Source: an archaeon (GTDB lineage Archaea; Asgardarchaeota; Thorarchaeia; Thorarchaeales; Thorarchaeaceae). Taken from it: a DNA stretch of 32,000 nucleotides. The DNA is taken from contig JAJRZD010000039.1 in assembly GCA_024275415.1 (NCBI GenBank), positions 1 through 32,000 of the forward strand. Direction: 5' to 3'. Of this stretch, positions 26,464 through 32,000 are shown in pieces; positions within the stretch are counted from its first letter, which is position 1; each line of letters starts with the position of its first letter. Under the pieces are notes generated by a model. The model worked only from the letters and a program-made list of their open reading frames with translations. It had not been told where the DNA came from and ran no database searches. The position numbers were made by a program, and so were the translations under genes.

Positions 26464-27273
26464 TCACTCGACAGAGTCGTTGATGAGCGACTCGATGAAG
26501 AACTCGATAGCGAACCTATCCTGGGTCATCTCGATGTACCACGGAGACTTGAAGTTCAACTCGTTCATGATTTCCTTGACATCTAACCCGCGGACATGGA
26601 GTTCACGTACCAACTCGTGTGTTTCTTTCAAGTAGTCGATACGGACTTTGATGTGCTCGTCAGGTGCATGGACAGCACCCTTGTGAGAGTCGAAGAGAAC
26701 CTCTATGTCCAAACACCGAATCCGTTCCATGGTCGCTATCATAAGAGGGATGTTCTCCTCGGGCATTGCTATGTATTTCTTAGATGGGAGAGGGATCGCG
26801 TCTGCTGAAATGAACCATTTTCGATTCGACTCATAGAACCCGATCATGTCCTCGAAGTGACCAGGGAGTTCCACCACCTCGAAATGGAAATCTCCTACTT
26901 CGAACATGCGTGGTGTTTCTGATACGTCATCGATGGGTGAAGGTTGTCCCCATACATACTTGAAAAACTCGCCGAGCTCTGGAGGGTTCCGTAGTAAACT
27001 CATACTGGATCCCCATGCATGAATGTCCGCGTCTTTCGCCAGCACATCAACACATCCGCAGTGATCCTCATGTGCATGTGTGATGTACACATCAGAGATT
27101 TGAGTGGTCTTCAGATAGGCGGCAAACTCATCCCGCGCATTCGCACAGCCTGCGTCGAAGAGCACATTGCCTATTTGATAGCAGTACACCCACAATATCG
27201 GCTTCCCATCGGGACCGGGAGTAGCGGTTCGTATCCCAGTAACTTCATCTCCAAGTGGCTCCAGTTCAAACAT
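26464..27273 (-). CDS. Metallo-beta-lactamase-fold hydrolase
   Basis: THAHEDHCG, PGH, ADA and SHKG metal-binding motifs. Confidence 0.9.
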   Translation of the reverse strand: MFELEPLGDEVTGIRTATPGPDGKPILWVYCYQIGNVLFDAGCANARDEFAAYLKTTQISDVYITHAHEDHCGCVDVLAKDADIHAWGSSMSLLRNPPELGEFFKYVWGQPSPIDDVSETPRMFEVGDFHFEVVELPGHFEDMIGFYESNRKWFISADAIPLPSKKYIAMPEENIPLMIATMERIRCLDIEVLFDSHKGAVHAPDEHIKVRIDYLKETHELVRELHVRGLDVKEIMNELNFKSPWYIEMTQDRFAIEFFIESLINDSVE

Positions 27274-27408
27274 GATAGTATGTGGTAATCCGAAGGGATA
27301 AATGGCTTCTTCGGTGAGCGCGCTGTGCTTTTCTATGCAGTCTAACCGCCGCTTCGCAATATGTAGTAAGAAGACTCAAACCTGTTCGTTTTAGTATCAG
27401 GGACAGTT

Positions 27409-28299
27409 ATGCCCGACAATGACCAACGAATCAGGTATGCTACCAAGGGGGCTGATGGTAAGTTCAAACCACCATTCCCAGTAAGTCCAGTGGAATTGAC
27501 CGAACTGACTCGTAAGATGGTATGCAGAGAGGAGAACGGAACACACCTTAGAAAGTACACTAGCTTTTACGGGGTCGGTGTATATGGGGGGATAGCAACA
27601 GCGTATTCAGTAGGATGTAATTTTCGATGTGTGTTCTGCTGGGTCGACTGGAGCCGAGACTGGCCAGAACGATATGGATCATTCTATACGCCCGGGCAAG
27701 TGTACCAACGACTCCGTGAGGTCATGAGTGGATGTGGTTATAGGCGAGCACGGATTAGTGGGGCAGAGCCCACTCTATGTCCCGAACATCTTTGTTCAGT
27801 CCTTGACCTAGTTCATCGAGAGCGGGAAGCCTTTGATCTATTTGTTATAGAAACCAATGGAGTTGTGATCTCGCAAGAGAGAGGCTTCGCCGAACGACTG
27901 GAAAAATACGCATCCCGTGATAGAACCCGCGGAACAGTAGGACATGTCCGTCTATCGATAAGGGGCGGGCAACCGGAAGCTTTCGAAGAGAAGACCGGAT
28001 GCACGCAAGATTCCATGGAACTCCCGTTCATCGCAGCTCGGAGATTGTGGGATGCTCAAGTCTCATTCCATGTTGCAGTTGTTGTGGATGAACGATTCAC
28101 ATCGCCCGATGAGGAGGAGAGAATCTATGAGAGATTGGCGGACATCGACCAATCGATAGCAAGTTCTGTCGAGCGTGAGATCCTAGACCCATATCCTCAT
28201 GCACTGGTACGTCTTCGAGCAGTAAGAAGAGAAGATATCACAGGGAACAAGATCTCTAGAAAAGAGGAGGCAGTCCTCCGAAAGAAACCTCCTGCATGA
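27409..28299 (+). CDS. Radical SAM protein
   Basis: CNFRCVFC (CxxxCxxC), RISGAEPTL and IETNG. Confidence 0.9.
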   Translation: MPDNDQRIRYATKGADGKFKPPFPVSPVELTELTRKMVCREENGTHLRKYTSFYGVGVYGGIATAYSVGCNFRCVFCWVDWSRDWPERYGSFYTPGQVYQRLREVMSGCGYRRARISGAEPTLCPEHLCSVLDLVHREREAFDLFVIETNGVVISQERGFAERLEKYASRDRTRGTVGHVRLSIRGGQPEAFEEKTGCTQDSMELPFIAARRLWDAQVSFHVAVVVDERFTSPDEEERIYERLADIDQSIASSVEREILDPYPHALVRLRAVRREDITGNKISRKEEAVLRKKPPA

Positions 28300-28301
28300 T
28301 T

Positions 28302-29426
28302 CTAAGGGGCAGCTCGATGGAGAACGGGTGGGGCGAACTTTCGGAGCCTCCGTAACCCCACAACCCGGTCTTTTCTGCCAAGCTTTGCATCCTGAAGGGC
28401 GATTTCCATGAAGCGGATGGCCTCGTCGTATGCCTTTCTCGGTACAGGGAATGGGACGCCATCCTTCCCGCCAAAAGCAAAGGTCATACGAACAGGGTCT
28501 ATCCATGAGGGAGCGTCCCCATAAATCATCTCTGATATCAATGATAGTCCTCTAATGGCAGCAGGGCCAATACCCTGTATGAACAGGAGTTCCTCATAAT
28601 CAGACGGTTGTGTTTCATACGCCTTTCGAACTGCGTTCCAATTCATCCGTTTTGGAATGACCTTGTAGGAAGGAATCTGCCTTTCGGGAGCATGTCCCTC
28701 CATCCACGGGATGAGGGTCGTTTCACCATATGCCTTGATATCATCAAGCATCCGACGGATTCGAATCGGTTCCTCCTTTACGATGTCCAGTGACGTTTTC
28801 CTGCAGTCATAGGACTCCTTTGCTGTCATATCAAGTGCAGCGTTCTTTATCTCCCCCGAAATCATCCCCGAATGAGGTTCATCGATATAGACTCGGAAAT
28901 ATCCCGAGGTCCAGTGGTACCTCCGTGCGTCACCTGCTTTGCTATCCATCCCTTGCTGCACAACTGTCCAGTTCTCTTCGGTATCGACAAAGAACATGTG
29001 CTGATAGAGAGAGTAACCATCCTGTATCGCAGCATTATCGACCTTTGCCACCTTTCGGCTGATCTCTGCTAACTCATTCCCATCAAGACCAAAGTCTGTG
29101 AGGGCATAAAGTTGATCAGGCGTCTTCTTGGATGCCAGACCTTTTCCGCCCGCAGCCACGATGCTGTGTTTCTCCCAAGTCAGGACAGAGCGCAGGACAC
29201 CACAAGTGACAGTAGTACTCCCGCTGGAGTCCCAATCATATCCCAACACATTGGAGAGTGCCTGAAAGTAGACAGGATCCGCTAACCGATGAAGGAGTTC
29301 CTTTGTCCCAAACTCGTCCACTATGAACTGACAAAGCGCATCGGCCATAGGCATCATCCGTTTGACAAGCCAGTGGGGTGCTGTGCCCGGATGTAGCTTG
29401 AGGTCTGCAATCCCGCCTCTTTTCAT
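28302..29426 (-). CDS. DUF763-family protein
   Basis: ADLKLH.G.AP.WL, LGYDWDSSGSTT, GYSLYQH, VVQQGM, ARRYHW, HhH-like IQGIGP and FAFGGKDGVPFPV. Confidence 0.88.
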   Translation of the reverse strand: MKRGGIADLKLHPGTAPHWLVKRMMPMADALCQFIVDEFGTKELLHRLADPVYFQALSNVLGYDWDSSGSTTVTCGVLRSVLTWEKHSIVAAGGKGLASKKTPDQLYALTDFGLDGNELAEISRKVAKVDNAAIQDGYSLYQHMFFVDTEENWTVVQQGMDSKAGDARRYHWTSGYFRVYIDEPHSGMISGEIKNAALDMTAKESYDCRKTSLDIVKEEPIRIRRMLDDIKAYGETTLIPWMEGHAPERQIPSYKVIPKRMNWNAVRKAYETQPSDYEELLFIQGIGPAAIRGLSLISEMIYGDAPSWIDPVRMTFAFGGKDGVPFPVPRKAYDEAIRFMEIALQDAKLGRKDRVVGLRRLRKFAPPVLHRAAP

Positions 29427-29667
29427 CGTTCATTACCTAGTATATGCAGTATGTACCACTGATAATAAGCATGACAGCATTCCGAAACTATTTTTAGCAG
29501 TCCGACACCCAATGAATTGGTAATAGCATTTCTCAATTCGCCGAAATGTCTTTCTTCGATTAACTGATACAGCTGGCAATCTTTTTATCCTAAAGAAGGC
29601 AACAGATACGTAATGTTTTACCGGAAGATTGTCCGGTGGAATTCTGTTATCATCAGAAGTGATACGT

Positions 29668-30204
29668 ATGACTGAGATTGCTGAATGGAATGAAGCCGTG
29701 GATTACAACGAGTTCCTCGAGCAAGCAAGAGAGAACGTAGAACTCATGAGGGCGAGGGTCGATGACCTGTCCTTGACTGAAGAAGAAGAGAACATGATCA
29801 GAAGTATCCAGAACGAGATCAAGATCCTTGTAATTGGAACAGACCGTTGCAATGACAGTGCAGGAGTCTTTCCAGTCCTAGCTCGCATAGCATCGATCGC
29901 TCCAAAAGTAGAGCTTCGAGTCCTTGATAGTGACAAATATGCAAGATTCCATCAGCAGTTCCGGGTTAATGGCAAGCGAAAGACACCAGTAGTTCTCTTT
30001 CTCAGTTCAGAGCTGAACGAACTCTGCAGATGGGTTGAACGGCCAAACGCCGTCTATCAAGTGGTCAATGAGAAGAACCTCTCGATGGACGACCGACGCG
30101 GTACATTGCGGAAGCTGTACAGTGACCCAGAAATATTACGCCAACTGTTTGGTGAGCTCAAATATCTTCTCATCAGAGCAGACTTGTTATTAGGACGCAG
30201 TTGA
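29668..30204 (+). CDS. Thioredoxin-fold protein with CxxS motif
   Basis: ILVIGTDRCNDS...LRVLDSD...NGKRKTPVVLFL...WVERP. Start 29668 or TTG 29629. Confidence 0.75.
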   Translation: MTEIAEWNEAVDYNEFLEQARENVELMRARVDDLSLTEEEENMIRSIQNEIKILVIGTDRCNDSAGVFPVLARIASIAPKVELRVLDSDKYARFHQQFRVNGKRKTPVVLFLSSELNELCRWVERPNAVYQVVNEKNLSMDDRRGTLRKLYSDPEILRQLFGELKYLLIRADLLLGRS

Positions 30205-30205
30205 A

Positions 30206-30862
30206 ATGGGCGAGGATCTTTCCAAGGATAACTGGGAGAATCCTGACAAGGTAAAGGACTTCGCCAGAAACTATGCTGCCAGATATGAGGGTGTGTTCTG
30301 GGAACGGCTTGAAAGCATTGTCCCAGATATGCGCAGTCCTGTAATCGCGGATTTCGGATGTGGCCCGGGGTTATGGCTGGTCGATGCAGCTGCCAGGTTT
30401 CAGGCTACGAAGATATACGGGCTGGACGCGAGTCGGACGATGCTTGAATATGCAGGCACCATCCTCAAGGATAAAGCATCACATATCGAACACGAGCTTC
30501 ACCACGTTAATTTTGATACTGACCCCATACCCCTTGAGGAAAGTATTCTCGACCTTGCCTTCGGTGGTTATATGCTTCACGAGATGGCAGACGCGCTAGC
30601 ATTTCTCAGGAGTATTTTGCTGCACATAAAAAAGGGAGGTATCTGTGTCGTCTTCGATTTTGTTTCAGGGGGCGTAGAACAGTTCGTTCAACAGATGGTT
30701 GCCAGAGGGTGGGATGAAGAGCAGGCCATAAACAGATATCCACATATGTGTAAATACTCTGCTGCAGACATAGAGAGGATGATGAAGGATTCAGGATTTC
30801 GGATAGTAGGAGCCAGTGTCATAGAGAAAGTACGTGCTATCACAGTGGGAGTAAGAGAATGA
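30206..30862 (+). CDS. Class I SAM-dependent methyltransferase
   Basis: ADFGCGPG, GLDASRTML, LHEM and KKGG...VFD. Confidence 0.88.
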   Translation: MGEDLSKDNWENPDKVKDFARNYAARYEGVFWERLESIVPDMRSPVIADFGCGPGLWLVDAAARFQATKIYGLDASRTMLEYAGTILKDKASHIEHELHHVNFDTDPIPLEESILDLAFGGYMLHEMADALAFLRSILLHIKKGGICVVFDFVSGGVEQFVQQMVARGWDEEQAINRYPHMCKYSAADIERMMKDSGFRIVGASVIEKVRAITVGVRE

Positions 30863-30872
30863 AGACTGATGC

Positions 30873-31068
30873 ATTCGGGTTGCTAACATTTGCGAGAGAG
30901 CTGGACAAAGATAGATATCTCGTGGTAAGTGATTCTTTGCGGCTGGACAGTGCTAGGACACAAGGTCGAACGACACGCGATGTTGAACACACAGAGTCGT
31001 TCTCAGTACCTTCTCTAGGAGGGCAAGACTCTGGTGTCCAGACTTGTCCGGGTTACAATGAACGGTGA
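30873..31068 (+). repeat. Dispersed ~190-bp structured element, copy 2; overlaps the 69-aa ORF 30859-31068
   Basis: Same orientation as copy 1, with a 10-nt insertion (AAGATAGATA). It fills the gap between the methyltransferase and priL. Confidence 0.93.
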
Positions 31069-31073
31069 GGAAG

Positions 31074-32000
31074 ATGGCTACTCGGCTTCAGCTTCTCAGA
31101 TATCCATTCTCACGAGAAGCCCGTCAAGCGATGCAACGAGTGGCAAGAGACCTTGGAACGCTTATCAACATTGTCGAGGCACAAGAGGGAAACTATGTTA
31201 TTCGTGAAGCAACAGAAAGAGTCTACGCTGCATTGAATCAGGAAGAGATAGTGACTGTCAATACGAACGACGACAGGGACTTCTTGATCTACTCCACGGC
31301 ACGTCTGATTGTGGAGAAACTTGGCGACAACAGACTGAAAGAATATCAGGCAGAAGCCGAGTCCAAGGCAGTGAACAAGCATCTCGGCAATGAATCGGAC
31401 GACTTTGTGATGCATCTTTGCAGGACAAGCTTTGATTGGGACGTAGAGAGGGTTGGGGGGAGCACAAAGAAGTCCGCCCTTCCGGACTATCTGCAACGAT
31501 TTGACTTCCAAATGTCCTTCATCAATTTCCTTGAGATAGCGCCACGGTTCCATGCGGACGAATGGAAGCTCGTCAATCGCATAGTGGAGCGCGGAAAAGT
31601 TCCAGTGAGGGGGTCAGAACTTCGACGCCTGATATCGGAAAAGTTCAAAATTCTCATCCTCAACAGCACGTTGTCTGTGCCGACTCTACCCCGAAACCTC
31701 AGTCTAGCAGTCCAGCAAATCGAGTCGGATCTCAAGGTCAAGCTGAAACGGAGCGAGCCAATCAAGTTCACAGAAAAGACGGTCACAGCATTCCCACCTT
31801 GCATTACTGCGATGCATCAGACTGCACTTGAAGGGAAGAACCTGTCACATCATGCCCGCTTCACCCTTGCATCGTTCCTCCTGAAGATAGGGATGTCAGA
31901 GGATGAGGTGCTTGGTATCTTCAAATCCGCTCCAGATTTTGTCAGGGGTCTTGCTGAGTATCAGGTCAGGCACATCGCTTCCAAGTCAGGAGGCGAGGGA
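31074..32000 (+). CDS. priL: DNA primase large subunit, 3'-truncated; absent from the ORF track
   Basis: ATG 31074, frame open to the window end: MATRLQLLRYPFS...WKLVNR...FPPCI...NLSHHARFTLASFL...PDF...YQVRHI. Confidence 0.93.
   Translation, partial: MATRLQLLRYPFSREARQAMQRVARDLGTLINIVEAQEGNYVIREATERVYAALNQEEIVTVNTNDDRDFLIYSTARLIVEKLGDNRLKEYQAEAESKAVNKHLGNESDDFVMHLCRTSFDWDVERVGGSTKKSALPDYLQRFDFQMSFINFLEIAPRFHADEWKLVNRIVERGKVPVRGSELRRLISEKFKILILNSTLSVPTLPRNLSLAVQQIESDLKVKLKRSEPIKFTEKTVTAFPPCITAMHQTALEGKNLSHHARFTLASFLLKIGMSEDEVLGIFKSAPDFVRGLAEYQVRHIASKSGGEG

Noticed and set aside
25060-31068. Repeat pair as a diversity-generating retroelement TR/VR
   Set aside because: Mismatches involve all four bases rather than adenines only, neither copy is the 3' end of a large target gene, and no reverse transcriptase is in the window.
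25060-31068. Repeat copies as integron attC sites (TAAC...GTTA ends)
   Set aside because: The span is longer than typical attC sites, copy 1 has ATTAC instead of GTT, the core does not fit RYYYAAC/GTTRRRY, the intervening genes are in mixed orientation, and no integrase is present.
30873-31068. Element as a SECIS with TGA readthrough of the upstream gene
   Set aside because: No gene in the window shows a convincing in-frame TGA with homology continuing beyond it, and copy 1 is not in a 3' UTR on either strand.

Overview
Archaeal chromosomal segment, probably from an Asgard (Thorarchaeia-like) genome. The archaeal call rests on an archaeal-type PriL, archaeal-type Asd, a stand-alone Toprim protein and DUF763; the Asgard call is inference from gene style and was not tested. 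In order, the window holds: a 5'-truncated TxDGGY-repeat surface protein; a Zn-dependent dehydrogenase and Toprim gene; a five-gene minus-strand type VII (MacB/LolCDE/FtsX-like) ABC operon with two ATPases, two ~960-aa double-FtsX permeases and a membrane-anchored alpha/beta hydrolase; mobB; two tandem M28-peptidase-fold surface proteins with degenerate active sites and Ca-binding-type DxDxDG repeat stalks; a long structured leader, a 79-aa ORF, asd and aspartate kinase; acetoacetate-CoA ligase; about 9 kb of small mixed-orientation genes; and a 3'-truncated priL that the ORF track misses. The most notable observations are (1) an unannotated ~190-bp structured intergenic element present twice (25060-25246, 30873-31068, ~83% identical), (2) the tandem M28 pseudopeptidases, (3) the ABC operon with its hydrolase and an ATPase-AbrB-zinc-ribbon fusion, and (4) a candidate translational-switch leader upstream of asd. 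I saw no CRISPR array, tRNA, rRNA, integrase or transposase. No database searches or folding programs were run; all alignments and pairings were done by eye.
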